Of a stretch of 32,000 bases of DNA, positions 18,595 to 26,191 are shown one piece after another. A program made the translations under genes and the position numbers. The notes under the pieces are model-generated. The model was not told the origin of the DNA, did no database searches, and worked only from the letters and a program-made list of their open reading frames with translations. Origin of the DNA: Cylindrospermopsis raciborskii Cr2010 (GTDB lineage Bacteria > Cyanobacteriota > Cyanobacteriia > Cyanobacteriales > Nostocaceae); NCBI RefSeq assembly GCF_003367075.2, contig NZ_CP065936.1:2100001-2132000 (forward strand), read 5' to 3'. Positions within the stretch are counted from its first letter, which is position 1, and every line of letters begins with the position of its first letter.

Positions 18595-18621
18595 CAATTG
18601 CTTGAACCTGCCAAGCAATTG
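18595..18621 (-). terminator. Perfect 10-bp stem / 7-nt loop hairpin (CAATTGCTTG-AACCTGC-CAAGCAATTG) between the ilvD stop and the lipA start
   Basis: Arms at 18595-18604 and 18612-18621 are exact reverse complements. The T-run (ATTCTCATTTTT) follows on the plus strand, not the minus strand, so its role as the ilvD terminator is uncertain. Confidence 0.35.
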
Positions 18622-18675
18622 ATTCTCATTTTTGGTCGAATCTTGCTAGTAAGGTCAGTTGTAACTCTAACTAAC

Positions 18676-20364
18676 CTAATTAAACAAGTCAAAATCAGTA
18701 ATCGCACCAATGCTACTAGAAGCTACCAGTTTGGCATACTTTGCTAATACGCCTTTACTATAACGAGGTGGAAGAGGTTGCCAACTAGCTCGACGTTGGG
18801 CTAGTTCCTCATCCGACACATTTACCTGTAATAGTCTAGCATTCGCATCAATAGTAATACTATCACCCTCTTTCACCAAGGCAATATTTCCACCCACAGC
18901 TGCTTCTGGAGCAACATGACCAACTACCATGCCATAAGTACCACCAGAAAATCTGCCATCGGTAATTAAACCCACTGAATCACCTAAACCTGCACCGATA
19001 ATCGCTGATGTAGGAGCAAGCATTTCCCTCATTCCCGGTCCGCCTTTGGGTCCTTCATAACGGATAATAATCACATCTCCGGCTTGGATTTTACCAGATA
19101 AAATAGCATCTAAACAGGCTTCTTCCGATTCAAATACCCTTGCAGGTCCAGTAATTGCCGGGTTTTTTACCCCTGTAATTTTAGCCACTGCGCCTTCCTT
19201 AGCCAGATTACCTTTGAGGATAGCTAGGTGTCCTTGGGGGTACATGGGGTTATGCCAAGGGCGAATTACATCTTGCTGGGGATTTGGTTCATCAGGTATT
19301 TGTGCTAAAACTTCCTTTATGGTTTGTCCTGATATAGTTAGACAATCACCATGGAGGAGACCATGAACCAAAAGCATTTTCATGACTTGGGGAATACCAC
19401 CAGCTTTGTGTAGGTCTGTAGCCACGTATTTACCACTGGGTTTTAAATCACATAAAACTGGAACCCGACCCCGAATGGTTTCAAAATCATCTAGGGTAAG
19501 TTCTACACCAGCAGCGCGAGCAATAGCCAGAAAATGTAATACTGCATTTGTTGAGCCACCCACTGCCATAATTACGGAAATAGCATTTTCTATAGATTGG
19601 CGGGTAATAATCTGTCTGGGTAATATTTGTTTACGAATAGCTTCTACCAGTACAGAAGCAGATTCTGCCGTACTGTCTGCTTTTTCTTCATCTTCAGCAG
19701 CCATAGTCGAAGAGTAGGGTAAACTCATACCCATAGCTTCAAATGCTGAAGACATGGTATTAGCTGTGTACATTCCCCCGCAAGAACCAGCACCAGGACA
19801 AGCGCGACGTTCTACTTCTAAAAGCTCTCGCTCATCAATTTTACCCGCACTGTACTGTCCTACCGCTTCAAAAGAGCTAACAACAGTTAAATCCTTGCCA
19901 TTATAGTGTCCGGGTTTAATAGTGCCACCATAGACAAAAATTGCAGGTATATTCATGCGAGCGATCGCCAGCATGGCACCTGGCATATTTTTGTCACAGC
20001 CACCAATAGCTATTACCCCGTCCATGCTTTGTCCGCTACAGGCAGTTTCTATAGAATCAGCAATTACCTCCCGGGAGACCAGAGAGTATTTCATACCTTC
20101 CGTTCCCATAGAGATGCCATCACTGATAGTAATAGTACCGAAAATTTGAGGCATAGCACCAGCATTTTTAACAGCCAATTCTGCCCTTTGTGCCAGCTGA
20201 TTAATTCCCATATTACAAGGTGTAATAGTGCTATAAGCATTAGCAATACCGACAATAGCCTTGTTAAAATCCCCATCTTGGAAGCCAACAGCTCGCAACA
20301 TAGCGCGGTTAGGTGATCGTTGTACTCCTTGAGTAACTACTTGACTTTTTAAATTATCTACCAT
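18676..20364 (-). CDS. ilvD: Dihydroxy-acid dehydratase
   Basis: [29 protein letters not shown] and RFSGG motifs. I prefer Met21 (ATG 20364, AGGA ~9 nt upstream; [13 protein letters not shown]) over the track start at 20424. Confidence 0.93.
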   Translation of the reverse strand: MVDNLKSQVVTQGVQRSPNRAMLRAVGFQDGDFNKAIVGIANAYSTITPCNMGINQLAQRAELAVKNAGAMPQIFGTITISDGISMGTEGMKYSLVSREVIADSIETACSGQSMDGVIAIGGCDKNMPGAMLAIARMNIPAIFVYGGTIKPGHYNGKDLTVVSSFEAVGQYSAGKIDERELLEVERRACPGAGSCGGMYTANTMSSAFEAMGMSLPYSSTMAAEDEEKADSTAESASVLVEAIRKQILPRQIITRQSIENAISVIMAVGGSTNAVLHFLAIARAAGVELTLDDFETIRGRVPVLCDLKPSGKYVATDLHKAGGIPQVMKMLLVHGLLHGDCLTISGQTIKEVLAQIPDEPNPQQDVIRPWHNPMYPQGHLAILKGNLAKEGAVAKITGVKNPAITGPARVFESEEACLDAILSGKIQAGDVIIIRYEGPKGGPGMREMLAPTSAIIGAGLGDSVGLITDGRFSGGTYGMVVGHVAPEAAVGGNIALVKEGDSITIDANARLLQVNVSDEELAQRRASWQPLPPRYSKGVLAKYAKLVASSSIGAITDFDLFN

Positions 20365-20527
20365 TTGATTATTCCTAATGATATGATTGTGATCATCACC
20401 GAAAAATTCCAGTCGTACTGACATTAGGGTATGTTAGCATTTTAGGAGTGATAATAGACTAACCATTACCAATGATAGATATAGTTTTTCCCGGAGAGGT
20501 AAGTAGGGAGGGACGATTATTTATAGG

Positions 20528-20583
20528 ATGGGTTACCCTACCGCTAACCCATGGGGGCGTTGGGTTTCGTTCCTCAACCCAAC
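20528..20583. repeat. Two adjacent hairpins, each with an 8-bp stem and a 9-nt loop (ATGGGTTA..TAACCCAT and GTTGGGTT..AACCCAAC)
   Basis: Arms at 20528-20535/20545-20552 and 20559-20566/20576-20583 are exact reverse complements. The sequence style (..gggtttcgttcctcaacccaacctac..) recalls small dispersed hairpin repeats of Nostocales. Confidence 0.5.
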
Positions 20584-20742
20584 CTACGTTCATGTTTAAT
20601 TCCACTTACCCTATTTATTTATCTTTACATAGTTTGGTCTTTTAACGCCAACTTACTTACTTAAAAGTCGGATCTTTGAATTACCCATTTAAATTAGGAT
20701 CTCCATTTGAGTAGAGAAGAAATGGTAAAGATTCCTTCCTGG

Positions 20743-20776
20743 GTATGATTGAAATCATACTAAGTAGCTCTATAGT
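20743..20776 (+). promoter_or_regulatory. Candidate sigma-70 promoter (TTGAAA-16 nt-TATAGT) with an 18-bp perfect palindrome overlapping the -35 box
   Basis: The palindrome GTATGATT-GA-AATCATAC lies at 20743-20760. TTGAAA is at 20749-20754 and TATAGT at 20771-20776, with AGGA at 20793-20796 and the ATG at 20807. Confidence 0.35.
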
Positions 20777-20806
20777 GGGTGTTTGACATATTAGGATGAT
20801 AAAAGT

Positions 20807-21376
20807 ATGAAGATTGCACCAGAAATCACCTATCGTAACCTAGATAAATCCCAGGTAATTGATAAATTGGTTCGGGAGAAAATAGCCAAATTGGAAAATA
20901 TTTGTAATTACATTAATAGCTGTCATATTGCCATAGAAAAAAGCCATGATCGTCCTCGGAGTGGTTCTCCCTATCGGGTAAGAATTGATCTAACTGTTCC
21001 TCCTGGTCATGAACTAGTAGCAGAAAAAAATCCTGGTGAGAGTATTCGATATGAACCTCTGGATGCAGTAATTAGACAAATTTTTGATGCCATGGTTCAT
21101 CAACTATCTAAACTTACCCAAATGCAACGTGCCAGTGAGCAATATGATAGAGATGAAGAAACACGGGAGAGTACAGGTTTCATCACAAAACTATTTAAAG
21201 AAGATGGATATGGATTTTTACAAGCCCTAGATGGGAGGGAAATATACTTTCATAAAAATAGTGTTTTACATCAAGATTTTAATCAATTAAAACTAGGTGC
21301 TTGTGTTCATTTTTCCCAAGAAGAAGGAGAGCAAGGACCACAAGCAACAACTATTCAATTAGTTGATAAACGTTGA
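20807..21376 (+). CDS. HPF/RaiA (ribosomal S30AE)-like N-terminal domain fused to a C-terminal cold-shock (CSD/OB) domain
   Basis: The N-terminus KIAPEITYRNLDKSQVIDKLVREKIAKLENICNYINSCHIAIEK...YRVRIDLTVPG..LV resembles HPF/YfiA. The C-terminus TGFITKLFKEDGYGFLQALDGREIYFHKNSVLHQDFNQLKLGACVHFSQEEGEQGPQATTIQLV follows the CSD pattern (GxV..F...GYGFI....g.diFvH.s.....f..L..G..V.F....g.kGpqA..v). Confidence 0.7.
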   Translation: MKIAPEITYRNLDKSQVIDKLVREKIAKLENICNYINSCHIAIEKSHDRPRSGSPYRVRIDLTVPPGHELVAEKNPGESIRYEPLDAVIRQIFDAMVHQLSKLTQMQRASEQYDRDEETRESTGFITKLFKEDGYGFLQALDGREIYFHKNSVLHQDFNQLKLGACVHFSQEEGEQGPQATTIQLVDKR

Positions 21377-21417
21377 AATTTTAGAGATTGCAAATGGGGA
21401 ATAGGAAATATGGCTTA

Positions 21418-22398
21418 TTACCTACTTCCCGTGACCTGATATTGATAATTACTATGTGCCTTATTTAAACTTTCCATCACTATTTTTACTAACCAATCTG
21501 GTTGTAGAACTCTAGCATTAGCGCCATATTGTAAAATTCTTTGCTGAAACCAGAAAATACAATCTTCTTGTGTTTCAATATCAACATGCTCTATCTTATC
21601 AGGAGGAGAAATAATTTTTTCATAGGGACGACGCGGTTTATAATTGGCTAAATTCCCTGTCAGACGATATTGAATTTTCAAAGTGGGAAATTTGGTGTAA
21701 GTCCAAGGTATTTGGGAAGAAGAACCCACCCTAGTAATACGGTCTACCCTTAAAGTGCAATTCTGCTCTGGATTAGGTGTTTTGTGAATGTGTTGACCAA
21801 CAAAACTCGGAACTATACTAAATAAATAAAGGACTCCGTTATGCAGTCTTAATTCCGACTTGTCTAAGTCCCACTGTTTGTCATTACCATTTCTGCTTCT
21901 ATACCAAACAACAAATCGACGCTTTTTCCCAATCCGATTTTGTAGATCCTGTACTATTTCCTGAATCTTATCTTCACTATAATTCGTAGGTGGGTGAAAA
22001 TCCGTTGTCAGTTTGTGGGATATGCGATTTTCCGAGTTAGCAATTCTGTAAATATGTCCCGCCTCCGCAGAAAACCCCAGACTTGCTAGTAATTCACATG
22101 CCATAGCTAAAGCTTGTCGTTGTTCTTCTGTTATAATTACGGGGAAATCTGATGTCACCAATTTATATGGTTGGTTTGGCGCTGATTTAATTTCAAAACC
22201 ACAACCCCTCAACTTAGTTACGGTGCGGGTGATCTTTTGTCCTAGATCCCCATCTGCAAAACCCCGTTCCCCTAGCAATAACATTAATTCTGATTTTTTT
22301 CGGGACTTTTGTGCGAGGAGTCTCAATATTTCTAGTGCGAATCCTATTTGATTCCATGGACTAGCATTATTTGATGACATCTTGACTGGGATAGACAA
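21418..22398 (-). CDS. wHTH-WYL-WCX transcriptional regulator, divergent from the cas genes
   Basis: The N-terminal winged-HTH-like segment is FALEILRLLAQKSRKKSELMLLLG. The WYL-like core is RRFVVWYRSRNGNDKQWDLDKSELRLHNGVLYLFSI. The C-terminal extension is FWFQQRILQYGANARVLQPDWLVKIVMESLNKA. Confidence 0.75.
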   Translation of the reverse strand: MSIPVKMSSNNASPWNQIGFALEILRLLAQKSRKKSELMLLLGERGFADGDLGQKITRTVTKLRGCGFEIKSAPNQPYKLVTSDFPVIITEEQRQALAMACELLASLGFSAEAGHIYRIANSENRISHKLTTDFHPPTNYSEDKIQEIVQDLQNRIGKKRRFVVWYRSRNGNDKQWDLDKSELRLHNGVLYLFSIVPSFVGQHIHKTPNPEQNCTLRVDRITRVGSSSQIPWTYTKFPTLKIQYRLTGNLANYKPRRPYEKIISPPDKIEHVDIETQEDCIFWFQQRILQYGANARVLQPDWLVKIVMESLNKAHSNYQYQVTGSR

Positions 22399-22494
22399 TG
22401 TTTAATTCAGCAATAATTATACATCTTAATTTCAGGATTTATTACCACTTGTTTTTAAAAAGTATTTTTGTGTGTTAAACAAAGTTTTGATTTG

Positions 22495-22514
22495 ATGATG
22501 TCAATTAACATCAT
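22495..22514. promoter_or_regulatory. Inverted repeat ATGATGT-CAATTA-ACATCAT in the WYL/cas7 divergent intergenic region; candidate operator
   Basis: Arms at 22495-22501 and 22508-22514 are exact reverse complements. It lies ~97 nt from the WYL start and ~226 nt from the cas7 start. Confidence 0.3.
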
Positions 22515-22740
22515 TTTTCTAATCTATAAACCCAAAAATTTTTGAGATGTGGTCATTTTTTGATAACAACTCCCAATCAGGAAGTATTAGATTAGTTGCA
22601 TCAAGTAAATACCTAGAGTAAACACTTACCCTAAAATGAAAATTTATTTACTGCTCCTATACTCGAAACTAGACGAAAAGTAGGAGTTTGCGAGATATTT
22701 GCATGTTTGCAAAATCAAAAAGCACTAAGGATCCAAAAAG

Positions 22741-23721
22741 ATGAGTTTTTTAGACAGTTTTTTACACAGTATCAAACCAGAATTTCCCACAGCTTTACCC
22801 CGTTTAGCATCTGGTAAATATGTCCATTTTGTAATGTTGCGTCACAGTCAATGCTTTCCTATATTACAACCCGATGGAGTGTTAAGCACAGTACGAACAC
22901 GAGCAGGAATACAAACTAGTGATATGATTAATAAACTAGTAATGTTGAAGCATCAACAAACCACATCAGCAAGATTAGCAGGAAGGAAACTATTGTGTTC
23001 CCTTGGTTTAGCTAGTGATAACCCCAAGGATAAAGATAAATTTTGTAATGGTGAAAACTGCTGTAAAAAATGCCCAGATTGTATTATTTACGGATTTGCT
23101 GGTAATGAAAGTGGAATAGAGCTGGCAAAAGTCTACTCAGACTCATCTTTTTCTCTCGGTGACGAATCAAATGATGTTATTACCGAAATTACCTTTCCTA
23201 CCCTAGAAACCTTGTGTGATCCTACTTTTGAGAGTTTTTTATATGTTTTGGGCAATTTATTGCATAACCCCCCTCATATAGGGCGGGAATTAACAATTAG
23301 TAAAATGTCCAATCATGTAATTGGCATTGTATTTTGTGATGGTGAAATATTCAGTAATCTTCATTTTACCCAAGCATTATATGATATTTTTAAATCAGAT
23401 CTTAATACTTCCTTGGTGGACTTAATTACCAAAGCTACGGAAGTAAGCAATAATCTGTTAAATCAAGAACCGGTACGCAAGACTAGGATAATTACAGGAT
23501 CACAGTTAACAGACCTACTAACAGAAGTTTCCATCCTTTATCAAGATGAGACTAAATTAAAAACTGTGATGACCACACTTTGTCAACAGACAAAAATTTA
23601 TGCTCAAATCTATGGTGATTCTTGGTCTTCAAGAGGCAAAGAAATTATCCCCAGTCTACCTTTTAGAAAAAGAAATTTTATTAGTCTAGATAGTAGCAAC
23701 TATCAATTAGTTAACCTCTAG
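22741..23721 (+). CDS. cas7d: Cas7d (Csc2)-like type I-D backbone subunit
   Basis: YVHFVMLRHSQCFPIL, VMLKHQQTTSARLAGRKLL, CCKKCPDCIIYGFAG, DPTFESFLYVLGNLL and NHVIGIVFCDGEIFSNLHFTQALYD match the Csc2 family pattern as I remember it. It is first in a cas7-cas5-cas6 order typical of type I-D. Confidence 0.7.
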   Translation: MSFLDSFLHSIKPEFPTALPRLASGKYVHFVMLRHSQCFPILQPDGVLSTVRTRAGIQTSDMINKLVMLKHQQTTSARLAGRKLLCSLGLASDNPKDKDKFCNGENCCKKCPDCIIYGFAGNESGIELAKVYSDSSFSLGDESNDVITEITFPTLETLCDPTFESFLYVLGNLLHNPPHIGRELTISKMSNHVIGIVFCDGEIFSNLHFTQALYDIFKSDLNTSLVDLITKATEVSNNLLNQEPVRKTRIITGSQLTDLLTEVSILYQDETKLKTVMTTLCQQTKIYAQIYGDSWSSRGKEIIPSLPFRKRNFISLDSSNYQLVNL

Positions 23722-23739
23722 TAAACCTCAATTAAATTT

Positions 23740-24408
23740 ATGATGATTTATCAATGTGATTTAAAATTACATGATAATGTATTTCTTGCCAATCGTGAAA
23801 TTGGTAACCTGTATGAAACCGAGAAATATCTGCACAATTGGGCATTGAGTTTTGCTTTTTTTGAAACAGATTATATTCCTCGTTCTTACCGTCTCCTGGG
23901 TAAAGTAGTTCCAGAACTTACTTATTTAGATACCAATCAAGAGCAAAGTCTTTTTCATCTAAATCAAGCTGGAATTTATGTCTTTCCTGCTTTACCAATT
24001 AGCTGGTCATATCAAGTTAACACCGTTGCCCAAATTCCTTGCTATCATGAGTATAGCAATGTCAAAGAATTAGCGGTAGGTAGTCACTTTAAAACCTATA
24101 TTTTTGCTCCCCATGAAATTACAATTCCCCACTGGATTAGACTGGGTAAATGGTCAGCAAAAATTAAAGTTGAAACCAGTATTATCTCAGACTTCAAACA
24201 AAAATCTGGAGAATATGTTAGTAAACATCCTTTAAACCCCATAGATTTATCTCGAACCACCAAATTATTACTTTATAATAGGATTTTTATGTCACCCTCC
24301 AGCTTGTTAAGCCAAGCACAATTAATGGGAGATTATTATCAATTACCAGACCAAACTTGCTTACCTAAGAGAGTGGGTTATGGTGCAAGCACAGGGATAT
24401 TGATCTAA
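23740..24408 (+). CDS. cas5d: Cas5d (Csc1)-like subunit
   Basis: MIYQCDLKLHDNVFLANREIGNLYETEKYLHNWAL, IYVFPALP, KELAVGSHF, IPHWIRLGKWSAKIKVE and HPLNPIDL resemble Csc1. It starts 18 nt after cas7d. Confidence 0.7.
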   Translation: MMIYQCDLKLHDNVFLANREIGNLYETEKYLHNWALSFAFFETDYIPRSYRLLGKVVPELTYLDTNQEQSLFHLNQAGIYVFPALPISWSYQVNTVAQIPCYHEYSNVKELAVGSHFKTYIFAPHEITIPHWIRLGKWSAKIKVETSIISDFKQKSGEYVSKHPLNPIDLSRTTKLLLYNRIFMSPSSLLSQAQLMGDYYQLPDQTCLPKRVGYGASTGILI

Positions 24409-24412
24409 GAAT

Positions 24413-25195
24413 ATGGTTTTACAAAGTTTAATTATTGAACTGGGCGCTGCAAGTGAAAAACCCATTCCTACAAGACTAAATGAGGCAATTTATGCTCAAT
24501 TTATCGATTGGTTAAGCATAGGGAATTCCTATCTAGCTGAATCAGTTTCCAATAGTCAAGAATCATCATTTAGTTTATCTGGACTCATTGGGTATCGGCG
24601 TAAAGATGGGACAAGACTAGGGGATAGATTTTTGATTCGTATTTCTCTGTTAAATGGTAATTTAATACAACCCTTGTTACAAGGCATAGAAATGTATCAA
24701 ACTCCATCTATTTATTTGGATAATTTTCCCTTTATCATTCGCGGTATTTATACTGTACCTAATTCTCATAATTTAGTCAATATTTCTAACTATGAAAGTT
24801 TGGCAAATATTGCTAATTTTAATTCTGAGATCGTGCTAAATTTTATTTCTCCCACTAGTTTACAGCATCATCGCAATATTCAACCTTTTCCCTTACCAGA
24901 CTTGGTATTTAACACCCTACTACATCGTTGGAACTATTTTGCACCCCCAGAGCTACATTTTTCTTCTATTCAATGGCAAAGTTTAGCTTTAGCTTTTGAT
25001 TTAAAAACCCAGTTTTTAAAAATTAACAGCTCCATAGAAACCCGTAGAGAAATAGGTTGTGTGGGTTGGGTTAAATATTTTTTTCCAGATCTGCAACAAG
25101 CTCGTATAGCGAATATTTTAGCCAAATTCGCCCTTTTTTCCGGTATTGGTCGCAAAACAACCATGGGCATGGGAGAAGTGAGAATTATTACCTGA
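24413..25195 (+). CDS. cas6: Cas6-family CRISPR endoribonuclease-like protein
   Basis: SFSLSGLIG (compare PFTLSGL), LNFISPTSL, FNTLLHRWNYFAP and the C-terminal glycine-rich loop FSGIGRKTTMGMGEV. It starts 4 nt after cas5d. Confidence 0.8.
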   Translation: MVLQSLIIELGAASEKPIPTRLNEAIYAQFIDWLSIGNSYLAESVSNSQESSFSLSGLIGYRRKDGTRLGDRFLIRISLLNGNLIQPLLQGIEMYQTPSIYLDNFPFIIRGIYTVPNSHNLVNISNYESLANIANFNSEIVLNFISPTSLQHHRNIQPFPLPDLVFNTLLHRWNYFAPPELHFSSIQWQSLALAFDLKTQFLKINSSIETRREIGCVGWVKYFFPDLQQARIANILAKFALFSGIGRKTTMGMGEVRIIT

Positions 25196-25231
25196 TTAGT
25201 ATAGCACTTATCAGGTAACTTCTACCAAGCT

Positions 25232-26191
25232 CTACCCTATTAACTTAGTCCAAGTTGCAGGACCAATAATCCCATCAGCGGTTAAACCATTCTGCTGTTG
25301 AAATCTCTTAATTGCTGCTTCTGTTTGTCTACCATAAATACCATCGGGCGTTGTACCCACACGATATTGTAAATATCTCATGATTGGTCCACTAGTTTGA
25401 TTCCCCTGAACTGTTCGTTTTGCCAATATCTGATTGATGGCATCCCAGGTAGTTTGAGTTGCCATTCCTGTAGGAATAATACCCACAACTCTTTGAAACT
25501 TTTCTACTGCAGAACTTGTCGCAGGTCCTGTAAAGTTATCTTCCGTCAGTGGTCGATTATTTCTATCAGTAATTTTTAGTTGATTGAGCGCTTTTTGTAG
25601 CCTCAAAATACTAGTATCCTTATTCTCCTTAGTATCCTTATCACCAGTTACATCTTCCACTGGTTTCACAGGAGTGGTTGGTAGTTTGCCAGTTAACCCT
25701 TTAACAATAGCATTAGCCATTGCTTCCCCGTCATACAGCTGCATGTCTTTAGCTGAATCTACAAAGCAACATTCTATGAGAACACTTGTCATATTAGTGT
25801 TTCTCAGTACATATAAATGAGATCCATTTTTAACGCCACGGTTAAAAAACCCTAAACTAACAATTTCATTCACTATGGATTGGGCAATTTTTCTTCCCGC
25901 ATCACTTCCAGCAAGTACTTCTGTGCCATTTGCTTTTCCATTAAAGGCATTAAAATGAATAGAAGCAAAAACATCAACTCTATTACGGTTGGCAATATCA
26001 CAACGTCTACCCAGAGACTGACTCACAGAAGAAGCGCTATCGGGTTTGCAAGGTATCACCTGATGACCTAAACCTCTTAACTTAGAGATAACTTTATTGC
26101 CCACTTCCATGGTTAATTTGTCTTCCGACCTAATACCTGCAGCTCCGGTGTCTGGAGGGCAATTATGACCTATATCAATGCCAAATTTCAT
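25232..26191 (-). CDS. N-acetylmuramoyl-L-alanine amidase (Amidase_3-type) with two C-terminal peptidoglycan-binding (PG_binding_1) repeats; endolysin-like
   Basis: The amidase domain shows MKFGIDIGHNCPPDTGAAG...VFASIHFNAF...GTEVL...IECCFVDS. The two repeats are LQKALNQL...GPATSSAVEKFQ...GMATQTTWDAI and LQYRVGTTPDGIYGRQTEAAIKRFQQQNGLTADGIIGPATWTKL. There is no obvious signal peptide. Confidence 0.8.
   Translation of the reverse strand: MKFGIDIGHNCPPDTGAAGIRSEDKLTMEVGNKVISKLRGLGHQVIPCKPDSASSVSQSLGRRCDIANRNRVDVFASIHFNAFNGKANGTEVLAGSDAGRKIAQSIVNEIVSLGFFNRGVKNGSHLYVLRNTNMTSVLIECCFVDSAKDMQLYDGEAMANAIVKGLTGKLPTTPVKPVEDVTGDKDTKENKDTSILRLQKALNQLKITDRNNRPLTEDNFTGPATSSAVEKFQRVVGIIPTGMATQTTWDAINQILAKRTVQGNQTSGPIMRYLQYRVGTTPDGIYGRQTEAAIKRFQQQNGLTADGIIGPATWTKLIG

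Noticed and set aside
19382-20316. Antisense ORFs in the track inside ilvD (19382-19717, 19906-20316, 19955-20149, 20091-20288). Similar ones lie inside dnaB (5040-5264, 5237-5443), cobN (13167-13403, 14100-14300), the sigma gene (15093-15386), gpsA, lipA, the amidase gene and the ALDH gene.
   Set aside because: They lie entirely within strongly supported genes on the opposite strand or in another frame. Their products are low-complexity or unrecognisable, so these are typical shadow ORFs.
20472-20482. Treating ATGATAGATAT as a regulatory motif shared by the ilvD and ChlH-like promoters.
   Set aside because: An 11-mer match is near chance level in AT-rich DNA. I report it only as a possible boundary repeat of the accessory block, not as a regulator site.
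20500-20600. tRNA-like or tmRNA-like appearance of the GC-rich hairpin cluster upstream of ilvD.
   Set aside because: No cloverleaf can be drawn: there is no GTTCGAATC-type T-arm, no acceptor-stem pairing and no anticodon arm geometry. It is better explained as a short hairpin repeat.
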